Assembly: GCA_963810095.1 (NCBI GenBank)
Contig: CAWEMM010000001.1
Span: forward strand, 96,001-160,000
Reading direction: 5' to 3'
Length of the DNA stretch: 64,000 nt
From: an uncultured Chloroflexia bacterium
GTDB taxonomy: Bacteria > Chloroflexota > Anaerolineae > CG2-30-64-16
The notes below the pieces were generated by a model. The model was not told the DNA's origin. It ran no database searches and worked only from the letters and a program-made list of their open reading frames with translations. Made by a program: the position numbers and the translations under genes. Below are positions 53,556 through 63,484 of this stretch, in pieces (positions within the stretch are counted from its first letter, which is position 1; each line of letters opens with the position of its first letter).

Positions 53556-55014
53556 TTAGTTACAGCCCGGCGCGTAGCAGAGCTGCATTTCCTTGGCGGC
53601 CCGCACCTCGTCCAGCCGCTTGACCGGTGCGCTATGCGGTGCGGTCTTCAGCAGCTCGGGCGTCTCGCGAGCCTCCTGCGCGATCTGGATCATCGCGTCG
53701 CAGAACGCGTCGAGCGTCTCCTTGCTCTCCGTCTCGGTCGGCTCGATCATGATCGCTTCCGGAACGATGAGCGGGAAGTACACAGTCGGCGGGTGGAAGT
53801 CGTAGTCCATCAGCCGCTTCGCGATGTCCATCGTGTTGATCCCCGGCGCGCCCTCCAGCTTGCCCTGCGCGACGAACTCGTGCATGCACGTCCGGTCGCC
53901 GTGCGGGATCGGGTACACCCCTCGCAGCCGCGCCTGGATGTAGTTCGCGTTCAGCACCGCGTTCTCGCTGATGGCCCGGCAGCCCTTCCGCCCCGTGCAT
54001 CCGGATGTACGTGTACGCCCGGACGAGGACCCCGAAATTACCCCAGAACGCCTTGACCCGACCAATGCTCTTCTCGGGCATGCACCACTCGAAGGTGTCG
54101 TACTCGGTCTTGCCAACGATGGGGCCGGGCAGATAGTCGACCAGGTGCGCCGCGGCGCCTACCGCACCCGAACCCGGCCCACCGCCGCCATGCGGCGTCG
54201 AGAAGGTCTTGTGCAGGTTGTAGTGCATCACGTCGAACCCGACCTGGCCGGGCTTGGCGATGCCCAAGATCGCGTTGAAGTTAGCGCCGTCGCCGTAGCA
54301 CAGGCCGCCCGCCTCGTGGACCAGGCGGATCACCTCTGTCACATGCTCGTCGAACAGGCCCAGCGTGTTCGGATTGGTCAGCATGAGGCCGACGAGATTG
54401 GGGCCATGCTTGGCGATCAAGGCCTTGAGCGCGTCCAGGTCAACGTTGCCCTGCGCGTCCGAGGGCACCTCGACCACCTTCAGACCTGACATACTCGTCG
54501 TCGCGGGGTTCGTGCCGTGCGCGGAGTCGGGCACGAGGATCACGTCGCGCTGCGTCTCGCCCTTGTCGTACAGGTACTTGCGCATGATCAGCACGCCGGT
54601 CAGCTCGCCGTGCGCGCCGGCCGCGGGCTGGAGCGTGACCGCGGCGAAGCCGGCAATCTCGGCCAGCAGCGCCTGCAGGTTGTACATGAGCGCCATCGCG
54701 CCCTGCACCGTCTCAGGGTCCTGCAGCGGATGGAGCGCGGCGAAGCCGGCCATCCGGGCGGCATACTCGTTCACCTTCGGGTTGTACTTCATGGTACATG
54801 ACCCGAGCGGGTAAAAACCGGTGTCGATCGAGTAATTCATCTGGCTGAGCCGGGTATAATGGCGCACCAGGTCGACCTCGGACACCTCGGGCAGCGGCAG
54901 TTCCCCGCGGAGCGCCTCTTGCGGCAGCGGTGATTCCGGGACGTCGACATCCGGCAGGTGGACGGCTTTGCGGCCCGCACGGCAGATTTCGTAAATCAGC
55001 GGCTCAGCCATCAC
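53556..55014 (-). CDS. gcvPB: Glycine dehydrogenase subunit 2 (frameshift ~53975)
   Basis: [19 protein letters not shown] and [24 protein letters not shown] and IEPTETE lie in the second frame. Confidence 0.93.
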
Positions 55015-56420
55015 GCCACCTCCTCTATGTCGTCCAATTGGTCTTGTCCTTCCAGGTCTTCCTCGAAGGGGGACGCGATGTCGGCGAGGGCCTCGGCCAG
55101 CGCTTCGATCTCGGCCCGGCTGTTCATCTCGGTCACGCAGACGAGCATGTGGTCCTTCAACTCAGGGTAGTCTGCGCCCAGGTCGTAGCCGCCCAGGATG
55201 CCCCACTCGTCCAGCAGCCGCTCGTTGATCTCGGCCACGGGCAGCGGGCACTGGACCACGAACTCCTTGAAGAACGGGCCGTCCGATTTAACCGCGTACT
55301 GGTCGAGCTTGTCGATCAAGCTGGCCGCATAGTGCGCCTTGTGGTACGACAACTCGGCGGCCTTCTTGAGCCCGTGCTTGCCCATCGCGGCCATGTAGAC
55401 CCCGGCGGCGAGCGCGTTAAGCGCCTGGTTGGAGCAGATGTTGCTCGACGCCTTCTCACGACGGATGTGCTGCTCGCGGGTGCTGAGCGTGAGCACGTAA
55501 CCCCGCTCGTCGTCCACGTCGACCGTCTGGCCGACGATGCGGCCGGCGGACTTGCGCACCTCATCCTTGTTCATCGAGAAGAAGCCGACGTAGGGGCCGC
55601 CGAAACTGGGGGCGTTGCCCATCGGCTGCGCTTCGCCGCACGCCACGTCTGCGCCGTACTCGCCGGGTGGGGTGAAGAGCCCGAGGCTGATCGGATCGCA
55701 GGCGACGATGAAGAGTGCGCCGGCAGCATGGACCTTGTCGGCCAGCGCCTGCATCTCGGACGGCAGGTAGAGCCGGCCCAGAAAGTCGGGGTTCTGGACG
55801 ATGACGCATGCAGCGTTCTTGTCCACCAAGCCGGCCAGGGCGTTCAAGTCGCCCAGCGGCGCGTTCTCGCCCACAGTGGAGATGCTCATGCCCTGGGTAT
55901 AGGTGTGCACGACCTCCCGGTACTGTGGGTGCAGCGTCGGGCTGAGGATCACGTTGCAGCGCTTGTAGCGGCCGACCTGCAGCGCCATAATGACCGCCTC
56001 GGCCACCGCAGTTGCACCGTCGTAGTGCGACACGTTCGAGACTTCCATGCCCGTAAGCGCGGTGATCATGGATTGGTACTCGAAGTGCGCCTGCAGTGTG
56101 CCCTGGCTGATTTCGGGCTGGTAGGGCGTGTATGCGGTGTAGAACTCGCCGCGCGAGATGATGCTGTCCACGACCTTGGGCACGAAATGGTTGTACGCAC
56201 CCGCACCGAGGAAGCACGCCAGGTGGTTGAGGTCATCGTTCTCGTCCGCCAGCGCCTGCAACTCCTGCAGCATCTCCATTTCGGTGAGCGCGGAGGGCAG
56301 GTCGAGTTTCGGGAAGCGGAACTCTTCCGGCACGTCGCGGAACAGGTCTGCCACCGTCTCGACGCCCACGACCTTCAGCATGGCGGCGCGGTCGGCGTCA
56401 GTATTCGGTATGTAATCCAT
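55011..56420 (-). CDS. gcvPA: Glycine dehydrogenase subunit 1
   Basis: [18 protein letters not shown] and [18 protein letters not shown] motifs. Confidence 0.96.
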   Translation of the reverse strand: MDYIPNTDADRAAMLKVVGVETVADLFRDVPEEFRFPKLDLPSALTEMEMLQELQALADENDDLNHLACFLGAGAYNHFVPKVVDSIISRGEFYTAYTPYQPEISQGTLQAHFEYQSMITALTGMEVSNVSHYDGATAVAEAVIMALQVGRYKRCNVILSPTLHPQYREVVHTYTQGMSISTVGENAPLGDLNALAGLVDKNAACVIVQNPDFLGRLYLPSEMQALADKVHAAGALFIVACDPISLGLFTPPGEYGADVACGEAQPMGNAPSFGGPYVGFFSMNKDEVRKSAGRIVGQTVDVDDERGYVLTLSTREQHIRREKASSNICSNQALNALAAGVYMAAMGKHGLKKAAELSYHKAHYAASLIDKLDQYAVKSDGPFFKEFVVQCPLPVAEINERLLDEWGILGGYDLGADYPELKDHMLVCVTEMNSRAEIEALAEALADIASPFEEDLEGQDQLDDIEEVA

Positions 56421-56827
56421 TAGTGTCCGCCTTTTTCTTCCTCTTCCTGCACAAAGGCCTCGTAGGCGGTCGCGTCCATCAGGCCGTCGAGTTGGCCCGC
56501 GTCGCTGGCAGTGATCTTAACCAGCCACGCCTTGCCGTAGGGGTCCTCGTTTACCCACTCGGGGTTGTCTTCGAGCTCGGTGTTGACCTCGGTAACCTCG
56601 CCCGTGATGGGGGCCAGCACGTCTTCGGCGGCCTTGACCGACTCGACCGTGCCCATGGCCTCGGCAGAATTAACCGTGTCGCCCACCTCGGGCAACTCGA
56701 CATAGACGACGTCCGAGAGCAGATGCTGAGCGTAGTCGGACACGCCGATCACAGCAACGTCGCCCTCCACACGCACCCACTCGTGCGTCTTCGCGTACCG
56801 GGCCTTGGCGTCGAACTTGTAAGCCAT
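56420..56827 (-). CDS. gcvH: Glycine cleavage H protein
   Basis: HEWVR, lipoyl motif VESVKAA and NEDPYGKAW. GGAGG precedes 56827. Confidence 0.95.
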   Translation of the reverse strand: MAYKFDAKARYAKTHEWVRVEGDVAVIGVSDYAQHLLSDVVYVELPEVGDTVNSAEAMGTVESVKAAEDVLAPITGEVTEVNTELEDNPEWVNEDPYGKAWLVKITASDAGQLDGLMDATAYEAFVQEEEEKGGH

Positions 56828-56914
56828 GATGTCCTCCTGGTGGTGATGGATCGAACGAGCCGGCGTGCTGGTGCGAAACGGGAATGCGGCCGCACCGCAG
56901 CACGCGACAGATCT

Positions 56915-56964
56915 AAACAAAGAGACGGAAGCAACGGGCAAAGGACTGCCCGGCTTCCGTCTCT
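56915..56964 (-). terminator. Intrinsic terminator forming the riboswitch expression platform
   Basis: AGAGACGGAAGC...GCTTCCGTCTCT-TTGTTT, overlapping the 3' end of aptamer 2. Confidence 0.75.
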
Positions 56965-57192
56965 GTCTGGTGACCTGAGAGATTGCCCACGTCGGCTTGC
57001 CCCGTCGGTGGTGGTTTCGCCGATCAGGCGAAACACGCTTTCCAGAGTGCTGTCCCAGTGCGATGTGGTGACCTGAGAGATTAACCCGCGCGGCCCGGCG
57101 ACCTGGCAGGCGTGCCCCTTCGGTGGTAGTCGTCGTGGTAGTTGACCGGCGCGCCGGTCAACTACCACGACGCACGCTCTCTCGCCCTGTTC
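56961..57192 (-). ncRNA. Tandem glycine riboswitch
   Basis: Two aptamers (GAGAGAG/GGAAAG, CACCGAAGGGGCA/CACCGACGGGGCAA, two CTCTCAGG) upstream of gcvH. Confidence 0.92.
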
Positions 57193-57220
57193 TTCCAGCT
57201 TGTATGCGTTTGGTGACGGA

Positions 57221-57249
57221 AGTCTATCACAGCGCGCGGGGTGTGTCAA
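57221..57249 (-). promoter_or_regulatory. Sigma70 promoter of the riboswitch-gcv operon
   Basis: TTGACA-N17-TAGACT with extended -10 TG. Confidence 0.75.
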
Positions 57250-57294
57250 CGAATTGAGCTATCCCACAGCAATTCCAAATGCAGGCGAGAAAGA

Positions 57295-57440
57295 GCATCC
57301 TGAGCGTGCGCCAGCGCAGCCGGCGTAACCGTCCCGCAGGGACGAGGCGCAGTCGAAGAATGCGGATTCTGGGGACCCGCTCCGGCGCCCTTCGGCTACG
57401 GGCCCTCCAAAAAGCGGGGCCCGAACTCCGCTCAGGGTGC
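57295..57440. repeat. MITE-like palindromic element (family 4)
   Basis: GCATCCTGAGCG...AGTCGAAG...CTTCGGCT...CGCTCAGGGTGC nested inverted repeats. Confidence 0.6.
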
Positions 57441-57566
57441 CTGCGCTGACGTGTCCGGTTAGGATTCCTGGTGATCCATCTGCCTCGCACATGGCCCGGC
57501 GCGCACATGTGGTATACTCTCAACTCGTTCTGGCTTCATACCCTCCTGCGAAAGGACCCCTCTCGT

Positions 57567-58250
57567 ATGCCATCGTGGATGCCCAACACGCCCGCCGAGC
57601 GGGCGATGTGGCTGATTTTGTTGTTACTCGTCGCCGGCTTTCTCGGGGGCCAATGGCTGAATCGCCAGCAGGCCAAGCGCGCCGGCAAGTGGATCCAGGC
57701 CGGGCTCGGCTCGCTGGGGGGGCGCGTCGCATGGCACTGGTCGAAGAGCATCAGTGCGGGTGCGGAAGCCCTTGTCGAGGAAGCCCGCGCACCCTACCGT
57801 AACCTCGCCATCGCATACTACCTCCTCACGCGCGAGTTCGCACCGCTGTGGCTCTGGGAGCAGCTGCGCGGCAAGCGCGATTTGATCGCCGTGCGCGCCA
57901 ACCTGCGGCTGGCCCCCGGGCGCGAGTTCGAGATCGTACCCCTCGCGGGCGCGCTGCGGAAGAAGCTGGATGAGGCCGCAGCCGCGCAGAAGGAGCCGGG
58001 CGACGCACCGGGCCTGCCCTTCCAGTGGCAGGAGTTGAGCAACGGGTTGGGGTTCGGGATGCGCGGGCCGGTCAATGAGGCTGCGTGCCAGAAGGCAAGC
58101 GACTTTCTGGCCACTTACGGCCCCTCGGTCGAACGCATCTCGCTGCGCAAGCGCAATCCCCACGTGCTGGCCTTCTTCCGTCTTGGTCCCGTCGAGGCAC
58201 GTCCGAGCGCCGAGTTATGGAAAGCGCTCGGCGAGTTGGTGCGGGGTTAG
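57567..58250 (+). CDS. Hypothetical protein with N-terminal membrane anchor
   Basis: AAGGA before 57567, one TM segment, coding-like composition. Confidence 0.7.
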   Translation: MPSWMPNTPAERAMWLILLLLVAGFLGGQWLNRQQAKRAGKWIQAGLGSLGGRVAWHWSKSISAGAEALVEEARAPYRNLAIAYYLLTREFAPLWLWEQLRGKRDLIAVRANLRLAPGREFEIVPLAGALRKKLDEAAAAQKEPGDAPGLPFQWQELSNGLGFGMRGPVNEAACQKASDFLATYGPSVERISLRKRNPHVLAFFRLGPVEARPSAELWKALGELVRG

Positions 58251-58323
58251 GACGGGCCGCAGTGCTCAGAGTCCGGAAAACACCCGTTCACCGGGCCAAG
58301 TCCTGCAGTAAGGCGAGGGTGGC

Positions 58324-58887
58324 ATGACCCTGACCGGCATCGAAACCTGGCTCCGCATCGACTTAGACGAAATCTCCGCGATCCTGGGCAAGGTTCGTCC
58401 CGCCGAGGTCGACGCGCTCGGTGCGGCACTGCTGGCCGCGCGGCGCATCTTCGTCACAGGGCAGGGCCGGTCGGGTTGGATCATGCGCATGGCCGCGCTG
58501 CGCCTGATGCAGATCGGGCTGGCGGTGCACGTGGTAGGCGACGCGACGACCCCGGCGATTGAGCCCGGCGACCTGCTCCTGATCGCTTCGGGCAGCGGCG
58601 AGACGCCGAGCCCGCTCGCCGCCGCGGAGCGTGCGCACAGAGTGGGCGCGCGTGTCGCCCTGCTGACCGCCCGGCCTGCCTCCGCGCTGGGCGGGCTGGC
58701 AGATGTGCTCGTCCAGATTCCGGGCGAAACGACGAAGGTTCGGCTCGACGGCGAGACACGCTTGCCGCTTGCTGCTGCGCTGGAGCAAGCCACCCTGATC
58801 GTCCTCGACGTGCTGGTCGCCGCCCTGGCCGAGCGCCGCGGCCAGACGCAGGCGACGATGATGGCCCGGCACGCGAACCTGGAATAA
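58324..58887 (+). CDS. hxlB: 6-phospho-3-hexuloisomerase-like SIS protein
   Basis: IFVTGQGRSG, ASGSGET and terminal HANLE. Confidence 0.85.
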   Translation: MTLTGIETWLRIDLDEISAILGKVRPAEVDALGAALLAARRIFVTGQGRSGWIMRMAALRLMQIGLAVHVVGDATTPAIEPGDLLLIASGSGETPSPLAAAERAHRVGARVALLTARPASALGGLADVLVQIPGETTKVRLDGETRLPLAAALEQATLIVLDVLVAALAERRGQTQATMMARHANLE

Positions 58888-58905
58888 GGAGCGGGAGGGG
58901 GAGTC

Positions 58906-59865
58906 ATGCGCATCGCGGTGATGGGGACGGGCGGGGTCGGCGGCTACTTCGGCGGGCTGCTGGCAAAGAGCGGGGCCGACGTCACCTTCGTTGCGCGCGG
59001 GGCGCACCTGCAGGCGCTGCAGCGCGACGGTCTGCACGTCCAAAGCGTGCACGGCGACTTTGCGCTCCCCCGTGTGCAGGCCACGGATCAGCCTCAGGCG
59101 GTGGGCCCGGTCGACCTCGTGATCTTCGCGACCAAGACATTCCAGCTCGACGCGGCGGCTGAGGCAATGAAGCCCCTGCTAAGTCCCGAGACCGTCGTCC
59201 TGCCGCTGCATAACGGCGTGGACGCGGCCGAACGCACGGCCGCGATTGTCGGGGAAAGCCATGTGTTGGGTGGCCTGTGCTACGTCGGCAGCATGGTCGC
59301 CGGCCCGGGCCTGATCCGTCAGGAGAGCCAGTTTCGTCGGGTGGTCCTGGGCGAGATGCCCTGGAGCGCCGCCCGGGGAACGATCACGCCGCGGGTGCGA
59401 GACGTGGCCGCGCTGCTTGCGGCCGCGGGCGCGGTGGCCGAGCCCGTAACCGACATCCAGTCGGCACGCTGGACCAAGTTTGCGTTCATCGCCCCGCTCA
59501 GCGGGGTGGGCGCGGTCGCCCGTGTCCCGGCCGGCGAGATCAACGCGACGCCCGAAACCCGACAACTGCTCCGTGCGGCCATTGCCGAGGTCGTGGCAGT
59601 GGCCGCGGCAGAGGGTGTGCCCCTGCCCGGCGAACCGTCGAAAACGATGGCCTTCTGCGACGCACTCGCGCCGCACATCACCGCGTCGATGCAGCGAGAC
59701 GTCCTCGACGGCAAACCTTCGGAACTTGAGTCGCTCATAGGCGTCGTCGTCCGCAAGGGCAACGCAGCCGGGGTGCCCGTGCCCGCGTTCGAGTACTTCT
59801 ACGCGGCGCTGCTGCCCCAGGAACGCGCGGCCCGGCTGGCAGCGGCGCGGGAACTGAAGGGCTAG
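58906..59865 (+). CDS. panE: 2-dehydropantoate 2-reductase
   Basis: GTGGVGG, LHNGV, WTKF and SMQRD..G..SE motifs. Confidence 0.88.
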   Translation: MRIAVMGTGGVGGYFGGLLAKSGADVTFVARGAHLQALQRDGLHVQSVHGDFALPRVQATDQPQAVGPVDLVIFATKTFQLDAAAEAMKPLLSPETVVLPLHNGVDAAERTAAIVGESHVLGGLCYVGSMVAGPGLIRQESQFRRVVLGEMPWSAARGTITPRVRDVAALLAAAGAVAEPVTDIQSARWTKFAFIAPLSGVGAVARVPAGEINATPETRQLLRAAIAEVVAVAAAEGVPLPGEPSKTMAFCDALAPHITASMQRDVLDGKPSELESLIGVVVRKGNAAGVPVPAFEYFYAALLPQERAARLAAARELKG

Positions 59866-59867
59866 CC

Positions 59868-60659
59868 ATGTCGACGTTCAATCGCGAGGACGCCTATCGC
59901 GTCCAGCTCCCCGCCTTCGAGGGCCCGCTCGACCTGCTGCTGCAGCTGATCGAGCGGGAAAAGCTCGACATCAGTGCGATTTCGCTGGCGCAGGTGGCCG
60001 ACCAGTTCTTGACCGCGGTGCGGCAGATGGAGGAAGTGGAGGCCGGCGACCTGGCCGACTTCCTGGTGGTGGCCGTCAAGCTCGTGTGGATCAAGTCGCG
60101 GCTGCTGCTGCCCCAGCCCCGCCCCCCGGCGGAAGACGACGACGGCATCGACCCCGCCGAGGCGCTCGCGGCGCAGCTGCGCGAGTACAAGCGTTTCAAG
60201 GAGGCCGCGTCGACGCTGCGGCTGATCGAAGAGGCGGGGCTGCGCACCTACCTGCGGGCCGCGCCGCCGCCGGAACTCGAGCAGCGCCTCGATCCCCAGG
60301 GGGGCGTGCTGGGCGAGCTGCTGGCGGCCGCCCGCGCGGCTCTGGTCGCCTTGGCGGCCCAGCCCGCCGAAATCCCGCAGGGGATGGTGGTTCCGTTCAA
60401 GCTCACCATTCACGATCAGATCGTCTACATCCGCGAAGTGACGGCCGGCGGCCGGCCGATCAAGTTCCGCAGCCTGCTCTCGCAGGCCCATCACCGGCTG
60501 GAGATCATCGTCACGCTGCTGGCCGTGCTCGAGCTGATCAAGCGCCAGGCGATCCGGGTGAGCCAGGATGCCGCGTTTGGCGAGATCACGATCGAAGGGG
60601 TAGAGGGCGTCGCGTTCAGGGAAGAGGACGACGAACCCGACGAGAACGGAACAGGCTGA
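59868..60659 (+). CDS. scpA: Segregation/condensation protein A (kleisin)
   Basis: FEGPLDLLLQLI, IKSRLLLP and LLAVLELIK motifs. Confidence 0.93.
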   Translation: MSTFNREDAYRVQLPAFEGPLDLLLQLIEREKLDISAISLAQVADQFLTAVRQMEEVEAGDLADFLVVAVKLVWIKSRLLLPQPRPPAEDDDGIDPAEALAAQLREYKRFKEAASTLRLIEEAGLRTYLRAAPPPELEQRLDPQGGVLGELLAAARAALVALAAQPAEIPQGMVVPFKLTIHDQIVYIREVTAGGRPIKFRSLLSQAHHRLEIIVTLLAVLELIKRQAIRVSQDAAFGEITIEGVEGVAFREEDDEPDENGTG

Positions 60660-60999
60660 GCGCCGTCAGGGCCACGAGCGCGCCGGCGAGGTCGGTCGCC
60701 ACGTCGAACGGATCGGGGTGCCGGCCGGGCACGAATGACTGGTGGAATTCGTCGCTGAGCGCATAGAGGAAGACTAGGAGTAGGGCCAGGAGCATCGGGT
60801 GCGACGCGCCGGCCGCGTCGAGCGCCCGGAAGAGCAATGCGGCCAGGATCGCGTACGCGACGAAATGGCCGATCACATCCTGAAAGGAATCGAGCACCGA
60901 AGGCATGATGTGCGGCAGCCGCGGCTGGGCCGACAGGAAGAAGATCACGGCCATCCATGCCACGACGGCCAGCCAGGGAAGCCATTTGCGCTCGGTCAA
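60616..60999 (-). CDS. VanZ family membrane protein
   Basis: WMAVIFFLS, HFVAYAIL and YALSDEFHQSFVPGR motifs. TTG start inferred. Confidence 0.85.
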   Translation of the reverse strand: MTERKWLPWLAVVAWMAVIFFLSAQPRLPHIMPSVLDSFQDVIGHFVAYAILAALLFRALDAAGASHPMLLALLLVFLYALSDEFHQSFVPGRHPDPFDVATDLAGALVALTALSLFRSRRVRRPLP

Positions 61000-61006
61000 G
61001 TTCGTC

Positions 61007-62161
61007 CTATCCCTCAGAGCGGTACGCGTCCAGCGCGAGAGCGGCCAGCGTATCCCAGTTGAACAACGTCCGCACCCGCTCCCGTCCGGCCAGCCCCAGC
61101 GCTCGACGACGCTCGTCATCGTCAAGCAGGGCCGCGACGGCCTCGGCAAACGCGCCGGCTTCGCCCGGCTGCACAAGCACTCCCCCATCCCCGAGCGTCG
61201 CGGCCATTTCTCCGACGTCGTAAGCCACGACGGGCAGCCCGGCCTGCATGAGCTCGAGGATCTTCGCGCTGTGACGGGCCCGGTTGGTGGCGGTGTTGGC
61301 CCAGGGCGCGATCGCCAGCGCCGAACGACCCAGCACCTGCGGCAGCGCGTCCGGCTCCAGCCAGCCGGCCAGGTCGATGCCGGGCACGCCCAGTAGCTGC
61401 GCCTCCTCGCCCTGGCCCCCCCGCCCCACCACGATCAGACGCGCGTCGGGCTTCAGCTCGCGCACCTTCCGCCAGATCTCGATCACTTCGAGAGGCCGTA
61501 CGCCCGCGAACCGTGTGTAGAGGACCGCGTCCGAAGCCCCGCTCGCCACGGGGGCCGCGTCCGCAAGCGGAGCGTCTTCCCCCGTGTCCACCCCATTGTG
61601 CAGCACGTAGACATGCCCCGCCCGCGCGCCCAGCCCCAGCGCCCGCTCGGCCAGGCACGCACTGCTGACGGTCCACGCATCTGCGTGCGAAAAGCCGTAG
61701 TTCTCCTGCCAGGCAAAGAAGCGCTTCTGACCCTCGGAATACCCTGCCGCGGGATGATCATTCCAGCCGCCCGGCCCTTCCCAATCGTCCGAATCGACGA
61801 CCAGACGCGGGCGGCCCCCTTGGCGCCGGGCCCAGAAGAGCGTCGCTGCCAGCCCCGACGGACCTTTGGGCTTGAACGCGTGCACCACATCGGGACGCCA
61901 GCGCGCAGCAGTTGCGTAGAAACGCCAACCCAACTGCCAATGCCACGGCGCGCTCTGAACGCCGGCGGGCAGCATGACGTTGACGACCTCCACGCCATCG
62001 TCGCGCCAGCGGCGGCCTGCATCCTCAACGCTGTCATAGGGCGGGACGAACAGGGCGACCGGGTGGCCGCGCCGGGCAAGCGCGCGCGCCAGTGGCAGGG
62101 CCCGTGCGCGCGCGGTGCCCTTTGCGCGCAGCCCGAACGGCGCCAGGAGAGCGATTCGCAT
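61007..62161 (-). CDS. Glycosyltransferase family 4
   Basis: PDVVH and KILELMQAGLPVVAYDVG motifs. Confidence 0.88.
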   Translation of the reverse strand: MRIALLAPFGLRAKGTARARALPLARALARRGHPVALFVPPYDSVEDAGRRWRDDGVEVVNVMLPAGVQSAPWHWQLGWRFYATAARWRPDVVHAFKPKGPSGLAATLFWARRQGGRPRLVVDSDDWEGPGGWNDHPAAGYSEGQKRFFAWQENYGFSHADAWTVSSACLAERALGLGARAGHVYVLHNGVDTGEDAPLADAAPVASGASDAVLYTRFAGVRPLEVIEIWRKVRELKPDARLIVVGRGGQGEEAQLLGVPGIDLAGWLEPDALPQVLGRSALAIAPWANTATNRARHSAKILELMQAGLPVVAYDVGEMAATLGDGGVLVQPGEAGAFAEAVAALLDDDERRRALGLAGRERVRTLFNWDTLAALALDAYRSEG

Positions 62162-62216
62162 GGGGAATATCGTACCATAAGGTCATCCGCGGCCGAATTA
62201 TGGTATGATTATCCCC

Positions 62217-63484
62217 ATGAGCCAGCCGCCCTCACCCAGCCTTCCTGCCGAACGCCTGGCCCTGCTCGCCCGCCTGGCCCAGCAGTTCAACTCGTCCCTC
62301 GACCTCAACGAGGTGCTCAGCCGCGTCATGGACGAGGTCATTGCCGCCGTCCGCGCCGAGCGCGGGTTCGTCATGCTTCACGATGACGACGGCCGGCTGT
62401 TGTTCCAGGTGGCCCGCAATATGGATCAGAGCACGATCGACGAGCCGGGCTTCCAGGTCTCCCGCGGGGTGATCGAGCGGGTCGCGGCCGAGGGCCGCAC
62501 GCTGCTGTCTTCCGACGCGCAGCACGACGATCGTTTCTCCATGCGGCAGTCGGTCGTCTCGCTCGGCCTGCGCTCCATCCTGTGCGCCCCGCTGATCGTG
62601 CGCGATCAGACGACCGGCGTCATCTACGTCGACAGCCGGCTGCAAGCGGGCATCTTCACCCCGGACGATCGCGAGCTGCTCACGGGCATTGCCTCCAGCG
62701 CAGCGATCGCGATCGAGAACGCCCGGCTGTACCAGGCCGCGGTCGAGAAGGGCCGCCTCGAACGCGAGCTCCAGATGGCGCGCGACCTGCAGGCCGGGCT
62801 GCTGCCTCACGACGTGCCCGTCCTGCCGGGCTGGGAATTTGCGTCCAAGTGGCAGCCCGCCGCGAGGTAGCCGGCGACTTCTTCGACTTCATCCGTCTCG
62901 GGAAAGGCCGCACGGGCGCACTCGTCGCCGACGTGGCAGACAAAGGCATGGCGGCTGCGCTCTTCATGGCGCTCTCCCGCAGCATCCTCCGCGCGAGCCT
63001 TGTCAATGCCGATTCGCCCGCCGGCGGCGTAGCGTCGGCAAACCGCCTGATCTGCGAGGACGCCACCGGTGGCATGTTCGTGACCCTGTTCTATGCGGAG
63101 GTCGACGAAGAGGGCGCCCTGACTTATGTCAACGCGGGACATAACCCGGCATATCTTGTGCGTGCGACCGGCTTCTGTGAGGAACTGCTGCCGACCGGCC
63201 CGCTGCTCGGCTTCAGCGACGGCGCATCGTTCCGACAGGCCCGGGTGCAACTCGCTTCCGGCGACTTCGTACTACTCTATACGGATGGCGTCACCGAAGC
63301 GGTTTCGGGCGTGGACGCAAGCGATTTCTACGGCGACGACCGGCTGCGCAGCCTGCTCGACGGACAGCGGGGGGCCTCGGCCGCGGATACCTTGCAGGCG
63401 CTCACCACGGCCCTCGCGGACTTCATCGGGCCGACCCCGCCGTTTGACGACGTGACTGTCGTGGGGATCAAGAGAGTGGCATGA
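62217..63484 (+). CDS. GAF + SpoIIE/PP2C phosphatase (frameshift ~62862)
   Basis: GAF domain with AIAIENA; VAGDFFD, VADVADKG, NAGH, LYTDG and DDVT motifs. Confidence 0.9.

Noticed and set aside
7607-57440. CRISPR array
   Set aside because: The repeats are isolated inverted elements, not direct repeats with unique spacers, and no cas genes are present.
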